DNA of 64,000 nucleotides from Dictyostelium discoideum (Eukaryota): NCBI GenBank assembly GCA_000004695.1, contig CM000151.3, positions 5,952,001 to 6,016,000 of the forward strand, read 5' to 3'. Shown piece by piece: positions 50,778 to 64,000 of this stretch (position 1 is its first letter; each line of letters starts with the position of its first letter). The notes under the pieces were generated by a model. It saw only the letters and a program-made list of their open reading frames with translations, ran no database searches and was not told where the DNA came from. The position numbers and the translations under genes were made by a program.

Positions 50778-51528
50778 GTAATGTTTTTAATTAATTTTTT
50801 TAAAAAAAATTTTAAATAAAAAAGGATAGGAAATATATTATTTTATTATATTTAATTTAAAATTTTTTTTTTTTAAAAAAATTAAATTAAAACAATACCC
50901 AAAAAAGGAGAGTGAGTATATATACAGGCTCAATTTAATTTTATTATTTTATCATTATCAAAATGAAAATATAAAAATTTTAAAAATTAGTTGTTACAAC
51001 GGTTTAAACAAACAACAGTTAAAAGTATTAAATTAAATTAAATGAATTTGTGATTAACTCAAAGATCCCATTCTTTTAAGAAATTTTTTTTCACAAACAT
51101 TGATTACAAGAATAATCTTAGAGTAGTTGGCTTTTGTGATATTTTTTTTTATTTTATTTTATTTTATTTTTTTTTTTAAATTTTTTTTTTTCTTTTTGAT
51201 TAGAAAAAAAAGGGGCGCTTTTACACCAGATAAACTGCTTAAAATATTAAACAATACCGCCAACACCAAAAAAAAAAAAATAAAAAAAAAAAAAATAAAA
51301 AAAAAAAAAAGAAAAAAAATAAAAAGCAATTATGTTAATAGAAATTGGGATTAAAATTTCCAAAATATCTTTATTTGAATAAAAAATTAATAATAAAGAA
51401 AATAATAATTTTTTTGATTTGATCAGATTTAATTTTTTTTTTTTTTTTTAAAAATATTTTATTTAAATTTACAAGGTTCTTATTATTTGTTTTTATTATC
51501 GTTTTTGTTTTTTTTTTATTCTCCATTT

Positions 51529-51569
<41 letters not shown>

Positions 51570-51762
51570 CATAAAAAATAAAAATAAAATTAAAACAGGG
51601 AAATGATGGATTTGTTGAAATTAATTGAAGGTGTAGAGATTTTATTATTATTATTATTATTATAACAGATAATCATTTTGTTTTATAATAATTAAATTGA
51701 TAAAACCAAAATAGATTTTTTTTTTTTTTTTTTTTTCTCCTTCCAAGGAACAAAAAAAAAAA

Positions 51763-53562
51763 TTATCTTCTTACCGTTGAAGGGTTTTGATTAATTCTAC
51801 CATCAAAACCAATATTTCTGTTTGGAGTATTTGGACCATTTGATGAGGTTGGACCACCATTTGTTCTAAGTTGAGATGTTGAAAATGCACCATTACTACT
51901 ACTACTGTTACCACTATTTCCATTTAAATTCCTTCTTTGAGGATTATTAATATTTGATTGTGGTTGTGGTTGTGGTTGTGGTTGTGGTTGTGGTTGTGGT
52001 TGTGGTTGTGGTTGAGGTACTTGTCTAGATGGTGAAAATGGATCTCTTACACCACCATGACTTGTTTGTTGTGTTGAAATTGGTGGAATTCTGGTTTGTT
52101 GAGTTGATGGTGGTTGTGGTTGTTGTTGTAATTGATTTCTATTATTTGGAAAATTTTTAAAGAAACCTGGACTTAATTTGTCAACTAAATCATGAAGATA
52201 TTTTAAATCAATTAATGCTTGATTTAATTGAGAATCCTTTTCATTGATTTGAAGTGATTTATCAACATCTACAATTTCATATTGTTCTTGAAGTTTTTTA
52301 TAGTTTAAAGCGAAATCGTTGAGTTGTTTTTTACGTTCTAAATTACAAGTTGCCAATGATTGATCCTTTGTAATGATGATATCGTTGAGTTGTTGAATCT
52401 TTTCATTGAGTTGTTGAATTTGTCTATCGGTGGTTTTTGTGAGATCATTGATTTGTTTATCCCTATATTCAATGTACATTTTAGATTTATTGGTCAATTG
52501 ATCGAATTGTTGTTGTTGTTGAGAGACCTTTAATTTCAAATCGTCACATTCCTTTATCAACTCTTTGGTTTTTTGATTCTTTTCCTTTAGTTCCAATGAA
52601 AGTTCATTGGATTGTTGAATTGACTGATCGTAATCCAATTTCAATTGATTCATATCCTGAGAGATCACAGAGATTTGATTAATCTCTTGTTTGTATTTTT
52701 GTTCTTGGTTTGACAATTGGGTGTAGGCCGATTGAAGTTTTTGATACTCTTGATCCCATTCATCAATGGTTGAATTGCATTCCTCCAATGAACGATTCAT
52801 TTGTTTGACTTGATTTTGTAATTGTCTAATTTGATCATCCAATCTGGATTTCTCCTCTGCAAATGAGGATGAACTAAACTCAAAGCTTTCAATTGCATTG
52901 TCACGATCATTCTGTATCATTTGTTTCTCTCTCTCAACTCTATTGAGATCACTAAAAAGTTGATTCTCTGATTCTATCAATTTCTTTTTCTCTTTCTCTA
53001 ATCTAGTGATGGTTTTATTTTGTTGTTCAATGGTTTTCAAATTATCACTAATCTCTTCCTCTTGTAAATAAATCTTATCAGTCATTTCATCTAATCTCTT
53101 TTTAATTATTGAATCATTTTCATCAATAAAATATCCTGATGATGTTGTTGCTGCTGTTGTTGATTTTAAATTATTAGTTGTTGATTGTTTTTGTTGTTGA
53201 TTTTCATTTGTTGTTGTTGTTGTTGTTGTTGTTGTTGGTGGTGAAGATGGTTGTTGATTTAAACCATAACTTCTTTGTGTAGTGGTGGTTGTATAATTAT
53301 TGGTTGTTGTTGGTGGCGGTGGTTGTCCACTAGCTTGAGTGTTTGAAAATTTATAGTTTGATTTTTCCTTTAATAATGATTTATAAAATGCTAATTGTCT
53401 TTCCATACCTAATATATATTCTTCACTTCTATTATATGGTGTTTGTTGTGATGATGAGGAAGATGATGATGGAGGTGGTATATTTTCAACATCAACACCA
53501 TTATGATGTTCATTTTGATTTTGATGTTCATTTTGATTTTGATGTTGATTTTGGTGTTGATA

Positions 53563-53594
<32 letters not shown>

Positions 53595-54258
53595 TTCTGA
53601 GAGAGAGAGAGTGAAAGATTATTGTAAGTTAAAAAAAAACAATAAAAAATGAAATAAAATAAAATATTGAAAAATTATATTATAATACATACTGGTGATC
53701 ATATGAATTTGATTGATAACTTGGTTGGTATACTGGTTGTGTTGTAAAATGTTGTGGTTGTTGATATTGATGCTGTGGCCTATTTGGAGTTTTAATATTA
53801 TTTGCAATATCATTGGATTCTTTGGCAAAAGCATCTTGATATTCAACTGTTTCATTCATAATATAACTTTGACTTGCTGTTAATGGCCTATTACCTGATG
53901 ATGATGATGATGGTGGTTTTGAAGGAGTTCTTGAATTTATATTTGTAGAATAGCCATTTGAATCTGTTGTAATTATTTTTGGATTTGTAACTCCAAATTT
54001 AACGCCATTTGGTTTAAGATGATGATTAAAATTTAAATTATTACCAGAAGTTTCATTATTATTATTATTATTATTAGTTCCATTGTTGTTATTATTATTA
54101 TTATTACCACTATTTGGTCTTAAAGGGGTAGTTGGCGATTGAGTACTTCTTATTGGAGTAATTGGTATATTAGTATGACCAAAGATTGGTCTTGATCTGT
54201 TTGGTGTATGGGTCATAGATTCATTATTAATATGTTGTTGGTCATATTGATATGACAT
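51763..54258 (-). CDS. Long coiled-coil protein (~790 aa) with Q/N-rich N-terminal and PQ-repeat/Ser-Asn-rich C-terminal regions. Exon 1 is 54258..~53693, the intron ~53692..53598 and exon 2 ~53597..51763.
   Basis: GTATGT...CTCTCTCAG joins ...SYDHQ to Q-NKQQQQQQQQYQHQ..., in frame with the MERQLAFYKS ORF. The central ~350 aa are heptad-rich (LEKEKKKLIESENQLFSDLNRVEREKQ...). No enzymatic domain was recognised. Confidence 0.75.
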
Positions 54259-55181
54259 TTTTGTATTATTTTATCTTTTGTTTTTGTTTTTTTATTTTAT
54301 TTTATTTTTTTATTTAATTAAATAATTTAGTTTATAAATAATAGTGATATGTTTTAAATTAAAAAAATAAAATTAAAAAAAAAAAAAAAAAAAAAAAATT
54401 GAAAAAAAAAAAAAAAAAAAAAAAAATTAAAAAAAAATATTTTTAAAAAAAGTGGCGCAAAAAAAAAAAAAAAATTATTTCTTGTTTTTTAATAAAATAT
54501 TTCCTTTTTTTTTTTGACAAAAATAAATAAATTTTCTTTTATTTTTTTCCAAATCTATATTTTATTTTATAAATGTATTGTTTATAGTTAAAAATATCAA
54601 AACATAATTCAATTTCAAATTTAGGTAAACTATTATTAAAATGTTTACATTTTTTCCCCCCTATATATAAAAAAAAAAAAAAAAATAATAAAAAAAGTTT
54701 CAAAAAAATCTTAATATTTACTATAGTTTACCCTTTTATTTTTTTATTATTTATTTTTTAAATTTTTTTTTTTCTAATCAGAATTTTCCAGAGATTTTTT
54801 TTTTTTTTTATACAGGTCGGAAAAAAAAATCTTATTTTATCATTAACACTCGGGATTAAAATTGTGCAACCTAGCATTTTGGAAATTTCGTATCAATTTT
54901 TTTTTTTTTTATGTGCCAAACTAATCAAAAAATAAAATAAAAAAATTAAATATATCAAAAACATTTTTTTTTTTTGTTTTTTTTTTTTTTTTACTTTTGG
55001 TTTGAAAATTCAAGCCCGGAAAAATTGGGCAAGTAAATTTTTGGGTTCCAATACCAGCCACTCCTTACTTGTTTTTTGTTTAACAACTTTAGAAATATTT
55101 TGGTCCAAATATTTATGGAAATTAAAATTGTTTTTTTTTTTTTTTTTTTTTTGTCAAAAACATAAAGATAAATAATTAAAA

Positions 55182-57155
55182 ATGATTAAAAAATTATTTG
55201 TTTTTTTAATTTGTTTGATGATTTCAAATAATGCAATTGCATCATCGACATCTAGTTCATCAGAAATTACAACCGTTTCACCAGTGACAATTATTGTGAA
55301 TCCAAATCTGTCCAATAAATATCAACCAGGTGAATGTGGTAATCAAACAGTGACTTGTAATAATTTAATTGACGCAATGGAAAGTTTTATGAAAGTTGCT
55401 ACATTAATTCCAGGAATTCCAAATAAAGAATACTCAATGTATCAACAATTAAATTTATTATTAACTGATGGTATTTATCAATTTGAAAGTAATTCAATTT
55501 CATTATTTAATATGAATGTAACAATGGCTACTTTAACAGCAAATTCAAATTCTGTCATTTTCAGTGGTGGTGATTCGTCATTAACTTCACCATTATTCAG
55601 TATATCAAATGGTAACGTAGTCGATAGTGGCCTAACACCAAGTTATATTCAAATTAGTGGTATCCAATTCCAAATAAATCAAACACTATTAAATGTAAAC
55701 ACCGTTTCATCATTCACTGACTTTAAAATCAGTAATTGCCAATTCCTAAATTATAACAACCAATTGGCATCAATGTTTACCATTAACCAAGGCGCTGCCA
55801 TTGCTCAATTGCCACTTGAAAATAGTGCCATCTATTTCACAAATTCAACATTTAAATCACTTTCAACCGGTTACTCAACTCCATTAATGTCTTTTAAAAA
55901 CACAATTGTTAAATTAAATACTATTAATGTTTCAAATGGGTTGGTTGGTAATTTCATTAATGCAACTTATTGTACAGTAAATGTTGATAATGGTAATTTT
56001 AATGCTATTTCTACATCCACTGGTTTATTCAGTGGTTTCGACTCAAGTATTTCAATTTTTATGAATACATTCATTGGAAATAGTGCTGTATCAAGTAATG
56101 CAGGTGGTTCAATTATTAATATGGTATCAGATAAAATCAATAGATACTATTTCGATCTTTTATTTTCAACATTTGTTAATAATAGTGCTGCTGGTAATGG
56201 TGGTATTGTTAGTGCGGTTAATACTGTACAAACTGCAAGTGAAACTCAAATAAGCTATATCGTAAATTCAACATTTACTGGCAGTTCTTCCTATTCATCA
56301 TTTGGTGGCGTTGCTTACTTGATCAATACTCCAGTAAGTATTGATAGTAGTACATTTGGAAATAGTACATCAAATATTGATGGTTCAATATTTTATTTTA
56401 CCAATTCAAACCTAATCGTTACAAACAGTACTTTTATTTATGGTAATTTACCATCACCATCAATTTTGAAACTAAATAGAGGTGGTGTTGTTGATACTAC
56501 TATTAACTATGCTTTCTACACATCTGGATCTAATATTACATTCCAATCAACCAACATGTATAGAGTATCAATTGATTGCATAAACTCTGTAGTTATTGTT
56601 AATACCGTTGATCCAGGTATTGTTGGTCCAAATGATGTCCAATGTTCAAGCTGCCTACTTACTGTTGGTATCAATCAAGCACCATATTGTAATCTACCAC
56701 AAACTTCTTCATCTTCAACAACTTCCTCATCTTCAACTTCCTCACCTTCAACATCTTCAACATCTTCAACTACCTCACCTTCAACTGCCTCAACTACCTC
56801 AACTACCTCACCTTCGACTGCTTCAACCACTTCAACTACCTCACCTTCAACTGCTTCAACCACTTCAACTACCTCACCTTCAACTGCCTCACCTTCAACT
56901 TCCTCAACCTCCTTAACTTCCTCAACTTCTTCAACAACAAAAACAGCATCATCATCATCATCATTATCATCCACATCTGGAACAGGCACATCAAGTAGTA
57001 GTAGTAATAGTGGTGGGGGTCATATAAGCTTAGTAGTAGCCTCATCATCCTCAACCTCCACAACCTCCTCAACCTCCTCAACATCCTCTGAATTCCAAAA
57101 CTCGACATTTGGATTATTTGTCATTATATCAATTATAATTTCTTTAACAATTTAA
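55182..57155 (+). CDS. Secreted/cell-surface right-handed beta-helix (Pmp-like, GGxI/FxxN repeats) protein. It has a mucin-like Ser/Thr/Pro stalk and a C-terminal hydrophobic GPI- or TM-type anchor signal.
   Basis: The N-terminal signal peptide is MIKKLFVFLICLMISNNAIAS. There are many N-x-S/T sites. Repetitive NAGGSII / GNGGIVSAV / FxNS beta-helix-type motifs occur. A tandem STTSPSTASTTSTT repeat block follows. The C-terminus is ...FGLFVIISIIISLTI. Confidence 0.75.
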   Translation: MIKKLFVFLICLMISNNAIASSTSSSSEITTVSPVTIIVNPNLSNKYQPGECGNQTVTCNNLIDAMESFMKVATLIPGIPNKEYSMYQQLNLLLTDGIYQFESNSISLFNMNVTMATLTANSNSVIFSGGDSSLTSPLFSISNGNVVDSGLTPSYIQISGIQFQINQTLLNVNTVSSFTDFKISNCQFLNYNNQLASMFTINQGAAIAQLPLENSAIYFTNSTFKSLSTGYSTPLMSFKNTIVKLNTINVSNGLVGNFINATYCTVNVDNGNFNAISTSTGLFSGFDSSISIFMNTFIGNSAVSSNAGGSIINMVSDKINRYYFDLLFSTFVNNSAAGNGGIVSAVNTVQTASETQISYIVNSTFTGSSSYSSFGGVAYLINTPVSIDSSTFGNSTSNIDGSIFYFTNSNLIVTNSTFIYGNLPSPSILKLNRGGVVDTTINYAFYTSGSNITFQSTNMYRVSIDCINSVVIVNTVDPGIVGPNDVQCSSCLLTVGINQAPYCNLPQTSSSSTTSSSSTSSPSTSSTSSTTSPSTASTTSTTSPSTASTTSTTSPSTASTTSTTSPSTASPSTSSTSLTSSTSSTTKTASSSSSLSSTSGTGTSSSSSNSGGGHISLVVASSSSTSTTSSTSSTSSEFQNSTFGLFVIISIIISLTI

Positions 57156-57401
57156 ATAAATAATTTATATTAATTTTATTTTTTAATCTATTTCAATTTC
57201 TAACAAAACTAATAATTTTTTTTTCCAGAAAAAAAAAATATTTATTTCCACTCACAATTTTTTTTTTTTTTTTTTTTTTTTTCAAATTTCAATTTTTAAT
57301 TTTCACTTTTTTTTTATCTTTTTTTTTTTTATTTTTAATTTTTTTTTTTTTTCAACACACCTCAAACACACACATAAATATTATAAATAAATAATTAAAG
57401 A

Positions 57402-58323
57402 ATGCAATCAAATCTTATAAATTTATTTAATGGTATAATTAAAAGAGAAATAAATGTTTTTAATGATGTTGTAGTTGTTGATGATGTTGTTGAAAAAAAA
57501 GATACAGAAATGACTGATGATAGTACTCCGTCATTAGATAATGAAGATCAATCTACACCACCACAACCATCACAACCATCACAAATACAACCAAATAAAC
57601 TATTATTCAATAAAGATAGTTTACTTAAAGAAATTCAAAAAATATATCCAAACATAAAAGACCCAATTCAAATAGAGATTAAAACTTCAATTGATTTAAA
57701 TATTAGAATTTTCTTTAATAATTTAATAGTATGTTATTATAATAAATAAAAAATAATTAATAAATACTAATAACATACTATTAAATTATTTGTTTTTTAT
57801 ATATATATTAAAAAAACAATAGAAACAAATAGATATAACTTATGAAAATATAGATCTTGCAATAAAATTGGCATATTCATTTGTTGAATTGGGTATATTA
57901 GATTCAATTTTACCATTACAACTTTCAGAGGATCTTTTTGAAACGAAAACTATTAGTAAATGTTTAGATTTATTTGGTTTATTAGAATCTAGAGCTGAAA
58001 TCTTTTCACAAGTATGTAGTTAAAAAACAAACAAAAAAAAAAAAAAAAAACAAAAAAAAAAAACTATTTCTATTTATTGTTTACTATTATATCAAACATC
58101 ACACACATGTATGGTCATTGAAGTACATATGGCTTTAGTTGTAGTATCATATTTTCAAAATATTCAATGATAGTGATAAAACTATAATAGTAATAATAAT
58201 AATAATTAATAATTATAAAATAAAACAAAACTATCAATAAGTAGATTGGTTTTTGATAGATTAATAGACACAGGATATATAAATATAGTTGAAATAATAA
58301 TAAATAAATAATAACATTATAAT

Positions 58324-58359
<36 letters not shown>

Positions 58360-60149
58360 ATTTTCAATAAAATCATATGTTTTAGGATCCAGAAATTATT
58401 AAAGGAAGAAAAAGAAATTTATTATTAAAGATATGTATTGAATTATTGAAAAGGGAAACCAACCCAGATTCATGTGGTCGTATTTTATTATTTTTAGCAT
58501 ATGTTTTCCCATTATCTGATCCATCAGGTTTAAATACAAAAGGTGAGCACAATATTCATCCTGAAGAAGCTTTAGATTTTCAAAATGATATAATGAATAA
58601 TGTAAATGGTAATAATAATAACAATGTAAATAATAGTGAAGATACAACAACAACATCAACAGCAGCAACAGCAACAGTAATAACAACAACAAATGGTAAT
58701 AATGATACAACAGTTGATAGAAATTTTTATAGACAATTTTGGGGATTACAAACTGTTTTTCAAAATCCTCAACAAGTTTTATTGAATACAACAGTAACAA
58801 CTGGTGGAACTATTACAAATATAACATTAAATAAAATTAAATGGGAATCATTCATACAGTCATTAGAGTTGGTTATAGGATCATTTTCAACTCATATCAA
58901 CTTGGATGAACTTTCTCAATCATCCTCAAATAACCCATCTAAAAAACATTATTTCACAAAATATCTAACAAGTAGTAATTTAATGAAACTTCAACTTAAA
59001 GATTCTATCTTTAGAAAGAATATTTTAACTCAAATTTTAATAACTTTTCAAGCTTTAGATTTAACAAATCAAAAATATCCAACAATTTTTAATGATTTAC
59101 AAGTATTTATTTTATTATTAATAATAGTAATAATTAATTAATTTATTAAAATTTTATTAATTCATTTTTATTTTATTTTTTTATTTTTTTATTTTTTTTA
59201 GAAAAATATAATTCAAGAATTAACAAATAAATGTTTTAAAATTTTATCAAATACAAATCCAAATGGTGAATATTTTTCAAATTGTTTATCATCAATATTA
59301 AAGAGAGAGAAGAATTGGATCATTTGGAAACGAGATAATCAATGTAAACCATTTGAAAGACCACCATGTAGTCCAATTGTTAAAAAGAAGAAATTATTTA
59401 GAAAGACAGCATTGACAAAGATATCATTAGGTAATCAAGAGTTATCTAGACTTTGGAATCTTTCAGGTGCACCCAATGATAGATCCTATTTAAAGACTCA
59501 AAATTCAGTTTCATTAGATTCATTCATTGAACCTTTGAAAAAGGAAACCATTGAACAAGAAGAAAAAACAAAACAAGAAGCATTGAAATTGGAAAGAAGA
59601 AAAAAGAATGAACAAAAGAGATCTGATGCTGAAAAAGCAAGAAGAAAAGAATATGATGAAAAGAAAGCTGAATTCTTATTGGCAAATCCAACTAAAAAAG
59701 ATAAAGATTATCAAGAGTATGAAGAATTACCTGCTGAAGTAGATTCTGATGATTTAAGTGATTTAGATGAACCAAAAGAACTCTTACGTGATAATCCAGT
59801 TTACATTTGGAAAACTTTAAGATTAATCTCTAGAAAGAGATTAGAATTATTTAAAAATCCAAAGTTTGATGATATAATTCAAAGTTTTATTAAACCTACA
59901 ATAACTCAATCACAAGCAGTATCAACAGCTACACCACCACCAACAACAACTACAACTACCAGTACAACAGCACCACCAACCATAACAACAGCAACAGCAA
60001 CCACCTCACCACCACCACCTGTAACTCCTGTTGTTTCTACCACAACCACACCAACTCAAATAGCCTCAACCTCTTCTCCTACAATCGAAAATTTATCTCA
60101 AAATGAAAAGATTGAACAAATCGCCTCAAATACTCCTATGGAGGAATAA
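57402..60149 (+). CDS. thoc1: THO complex subunit 1 (THOC1/Hpr1). Four exons: 57402..~57728, ~57823..58011, ~58386..59102 and ~59202..60149.
   Basis: The conserved core reads ...CGRILLFLAYVFPLSDPSGLNTKGEHN...FYRQFWGLQTVFQNP, which I read as the THOC1 signature. The introns have GTATGT/GTATTT donors and AG acceptors, and all splices are in frame. The C-terminus is K/E-rich with a polyT/P tail. Confidence 0.8.
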
Positions 60150-60544
60150 AATCAAGTTCTAAAAGTAAAAAAAAATAAAAAAAATAAAAAATTAAATAAT
60201 TTTATTTGTATAAAAAAAAAAAAAAGAAACCCATTAAATCCCACACGTGTGGGTTTTTTTTATTTAAAAGTGTGTTTTTATTTATTTTTTATTTTTTACT
60301 TTTTTTTTATTTTTTGGGGTTTGTGGGTAAAAATAAATAAAAAATCTTGAATAGATCTAGATTTAAATTGAGAAATTTAGGCAACTAATTAAAATTTCTT
60401 TAAATTATTAATGTATTCATCTAAATTCCAAATCTAAATCTAAACCCACCAATGTTTTTTTTTTTTTTTTTACTTTTAATACTTAACCATTTTACATAAT
60501 TTTTTTTGCAATAAAAAAAAAAATAAAAAATAATATACCAATAT

Positions 60545-60578
<34 letters not shown>

Positions 60579-61020
60579 GTTATTAGTACTTTTGTTAGTA
60601 AAGATGATGTTAATAATTTTTTTATATGTAAAAAATAAATGAGATAATAAAAATATAATAAATAATAATATTGAAACACTTGATGGTTATTTTTTTTTAA
60701 AAAAATTTTCTTTTTTTTTTTTTTTTTTTTATATTATTTTTTTTTTTTTTTTTTTTCTTTTCTTTTTTTTTGATACTATGTACAAATAATAGTTTTTTTC
60801 TTTCAACAATCCTATTGAAAAAATTAAAAAACTAAAAAAAAAATAACTTGAAGGTTTTGAATCGAGATTTCGATTTTTTTTTTTTTCTTTTTTTTTGTCG
60901 GTTTATATACCAATTATTCCACCACCGCAACATAAAATGTTTTGAATATTGAGAAATCGAAAAAATGTCGATATATATATATGTATATGGTGTTTATATG
61001 AATAAATATAATAAATTAAC

Positions 61021-61417
61021 TTATAAAGATGGTACAGTTTGGGAACTTGAACAAAGGGAAACCAAGGCAGAGGAAGGGGATGAAGGAATACTATTGTTGT
61101 CACTACCTTTCATTAATTCAAACATTGAGCCATAGTTATTGAGATGGCCAACATTTTCGTCATAATTTAGCAACATGGAAGAGTACTCTTCATCCAAGGT
61201 ATGGTGGTATAAACCAATTAAATAAGAGGTATAATTGGTTGGAGCATTTGGGCAAGAGAAAGCATCAGAGTTGTACTCCATCATATCAGGAACCATGGCA
61301 GCACTTGAGAGAGAATGGCCTACAACAGAAGGAGAACTGTAATTGTTAATAGTAATTGAGCTAATGTTGTTGTTATTATTATTATTATTGTTGATGTTAT
61401 TATTTAATTTCATATTA

Positions 61418-61467
<50 letters not shown>

Positions 61468-61716
61468 GTTATTATTTTTATTATTATTATTTTTGTAATA
61501 GTTGGTATTATAAATTCTATTGATATTTAAATGTTTTTTATTTTTTTTATTTTTTATGACAATTTTTCTTTTATTATTATTATTATTTAAAAAAACAATT
61601 AAATTTTTAGTATTAAAATTTTTTTTTATATTAATTTTAATGTTAGAGTTATTTTTTACCCCACCTACTTTTTTAGAAGAAGATAAATATTTATTTCTGT
61701 TGTTGTTATTATTCAT
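61021..61716 (-). CDS. Asn-rich low-complexity hypothetical protein (231-aa ORF; there may be further exons).
   Basis: It has a long ORF with polyN tracts. The C-terminal ~100 aa are non-repetitive (SITINNYSSPSVVGHSLSSAAMVPDMMEYNSDAFSCPNAPTNYTSYLIGLYHHTLDEEYSSMLLNYDENVGHLNNYGSMFELMKG...). Confidence 0.45.
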
Positions 61717-62114
61717 TATGTATATATTAATAAAAATAAATGTGTTTTGTATTTTTAAAAAAAAAAAAAAATTTTAAAAATTAAAAATCTTCACCACAAA
61801 AAAAAAAAAAAAAAAAGAAAAAAATATAAAAAAAAAAAAATAAAATTAAAAAAAAAAAAAAAATAAAATAAAATAAAATTATTTTTTATTTTTTTCCCAA
61901 CGATTGTAGGAAATTTGTGTGAGGAAGAAACCTGGTGCCTCTTTAAAAAACAACAAAAATAAAAAAAAAAAAAAAAAAAAAAAAAAATAAAAATTAAATA
62001 ATAATAATGCGAGAGACAATAGTTAACTTTGTTGGATTATCTTATTAAGTTTTTCACAAAAATGTGTGTGTGCATACACCATTGTGATAAATCTAGACTT
62101 AAATATTGTCTCAC

Positions 62115-62162
<48 letters not shown>

Positions 62163-62514
62163 AGATATTAAAAAAAAAAAAAAAAAAAAATAATAGAATA
62201 ATAATAATAATATTCTAAAAATAAATTAATTTTTTGAAATTTATTTAATTTATAGCTTTTTTTTGAAAAAAAAAAAAAAAAAAAAAAAAATATGTTTTAA
62301 TTTGGCAGAATAGAATAGAACAGAACGGAAGACATGAAAATGAGCTCTTTTCAGACAAAGAATTTAATTTCAATTTTTTTATTTATTTTTAATTTTTTTT
62401 TTAATTGAATTTAAAAAATATTAATTAATTTCATTTTTTTATTTTTTTTTTTATTTTTTTTTTTATGTGTCATTAAATTAAATAATAATAAATTTCTCTC
62501 TCTAAATCTATAAA

Positions 62515-62687
62515 ATGGAAAAAACCACCCCAACTCAATATGATGTAAAGGTTCAATATAATAATTCAATATTAAACTATGCCATTGATCACAGTGACCA
62601 ACTTACTGATATCCAAAAAGAATTAATTCAATGTATGTTTTAATTAATTTATTTATTTTTTTTATTATTTTATTTTTCATTTTTATT

Positions 62688-62728
<41 letters not shown>

Positions 62729-63313
62729 GTATGTTTAGTTACCAAAGAAAATATTGAAAGACATATTATGTTGACTCAAGCTGAACAATGTTCATTCTTT
62801 AAACTTTTAATCCAAGTTTTAAATGCAAAGAAAACTATTGATATTGGTGTTTTTACAGGTCTTTCATCATTAACTGCAGCATTGGCAATGGGTGACGAAG
62901 GTAGAGTTGTTGCATGTGATGTTTCAACTGATTACACCCAACATGCACTTAAATTCTGGGCTAAAGCAGGTGTTGATCATAAAATCAATTTAAAGATTCA
63001 ACCAGCTTCAAAAACATTACAAGAATTAATTGACCAAGGTGAAGAGAATACTTATGATTTTGTTTTCATTGATGCTGATAAAACTGGATATGACACTTAT
63101 TATGAATTATCACTTAAATTAATTAGAAAAGGTGGAATCATTGCCATTGATAATGTTTTACAACATGGTCGTGTTGCAGATCCAAATGCCAATGTAGAAC
63201 CAAATTTAGTTGCAATTCGTGCACTCAATGATAAAATCTTAGCTGATAAACGTGTTACTAAAACAATGTTACCAATTGCTGATGGTATCACTTTAGTTAC
63301 TAAAATTAATTAA
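62515..63313 (+). CDS. Caffeoyl-CoA O-methyltransferase-like class I SAM-dependent O-methyltransferase. Exon 1 is 62515..~62632, the intron to ~62739 and exon 2 to 63313.
   Basis: Exon 1 reads MEKTTPTQYDVKVQYNNSILNYAIDHSDQLTDIQKELIQ, followed by a GTATGT intron, then ...TKENIERHIMLTQAEQCSFFKLLIQVLNAKKTIDIGVFTGLSSLTAALAM..GRVVACDV...FDFVFIDADKTGYDTYYELSLKLIRKGGIIAIDNVLQHGRV...MLPIADGITLVTKI. This is colinear with plant CCoAOMT motifs (MEIGVYTGYSLL, FVDADKDNY, GGLIGYDNTLW, LPVGDGITL). Confidence 0.85.
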
Positions 63314-63496
63314 ATAGAATAATAAAAATAAAAAAAATAAAAATAAAACAAATTGTTTTAATTAAAAATAATAATACCCACAACCAAAATTTTCATACGA
63401 AATTTCAAATTATGATCATCTGATCTTTACTTTTTTTTTTTTTTTACGTTACTTTATTTTTTATTTTGAGACCAAGGTTGCACCAAAATTCTAAAG

Positions 63497-63534
<38 letters not shown>

Positions 63535-63748
63535 TTTTTTTATTTTTGACTGCTAACATTTGTTCAGCCTAAAAATTGAATTATTAGAATACGTTACTTT
63601 AGATATTATTATTTTAATAAAAAAAAAAAATTTAATGGGAACGTTACTAGCTCCATTAAATTATAATTTTTTTTTATAAAATCAGATTTCTAATTTTGTG
63701 AAAGGTAATGATAACGTTGTAGAATTCTTTTATTCTTTTATTTTATTT

Positions 63749-63798
<50 letters not shown>

Positions 63799-63882
63799 CA
63801 TAAAAGCAACGTTTTGTTTTTTTTTTTTTTTTTTTCATTTCTATTCTCTACAAATATATCATTTTCTAAATAAATTAATAAA

Positions 63883-64000
63883 ATGGAACAAAAAACCGCC
63901 CCAACTCAATATGAAGTAAAAGTACAATATAATAATTCAATTTTAAATTATGCCATTGATCACAGTGACCAACTTACTGATATCCAAAAAGAATTAATTC
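63883..64000 (+). CDS. First exon (partial, running off the window) of a tandem paralog of the CCoAOMT-like gene.
   Basis: It reads MEQKTAPTQYEVKVQYNNSILNYAIDHSDQLTDIQKELI, about 90% identical to exon 1 at 62515. Confidence 0.7.
   Translation, partial: MEQKTAPTQYEVKVQYNNSILNYAIDHSDQLTDIQKELI

Noticed and set aside
53343-53855. ORFs 53343-53600(+) and 53619-53855(-) within the coiled-coil gene.
   Set aside because: The first is antisense to the exon 2 start. The second is an alternative frame spanning the intron/exon 1 end. The spliced frame explains the locus.
56596-57108. ORFs 56596-56916(+), 56675-56989(-) and 56869-57108(-) over the Ser/Thr-repeat stalk of the surface-protein gene.
   Set aside because: These are alternative-frame translations of the TCx/ACx repeat (giving polyLQ, polyEV and so on).

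Overview
The window looks like nuclear genome of a dictyostelid social amoeba (Dictyostelium discoideum-like). Overall GC is very low, the intergenic DNA is homopolymer-rich, proteins carry polyN/polyQ/S-T tracts, and introns are short and AT-rich with GTAAGT/GTATGT...AG boundaries. The ORF track also reports TTG as a start codon. Recognisable conserved genes are: an SRPK-family kinase (- strand, runs off the 5' edge), a PP2C-like phosphatase-domain protein, a B-box/FNIP-repeat gene with a decayed tandem paralog, a large multi-TM protein, the exosome helicase MTR4 (3 exons... here 2 exons), a three-exon lectin-like gene, LSm6, a B-type cyclin with an RxALxDLxN destruction box, a long coiled-coil protein, a secreted beta-helix/mucin-like surface protein, THOC1 (4 exons), an N-rich hypothetical protein, and two tandem caffeoyl-CoA O-methyltransferase-like genes. 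Two Class I ncRNA-like genes (CCTTACAGCAA motif, terminal stem, one with an upstream DUSE box) lie at 13.86-14.1 kb. The most unusual region is 28.7-47.3 kb. It is a nest of at least five segmental duplications carrying a family of small secreted 8-cysteine peptides, an AIG1-like P-loop GTPase plus a pseudogene copy, and LSm6 plus a pseudogene copy. Between two almost identical 1.33-kb duplicate blocks sits a ~7.4-kb island (31.4-38.9 kb) of decayed genes. The island includes a YqaJ-type (lambda-exonuclease-like) nuclease with an in-frame TAG, the C-terminal half of an A32-like (FtsK/HerA) packaging ATPase, a composite palindromic repeat, and several short or frameshifted ORFs. This is most simply read as the remnant of a virus- or Polinton-like mobile element. 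No tRNA, rRNA or CRISPR features were found. Coordinates I derived by hand-counting may be off by 1-2 bp; all family assignments are from motif recognition only, with no database search.
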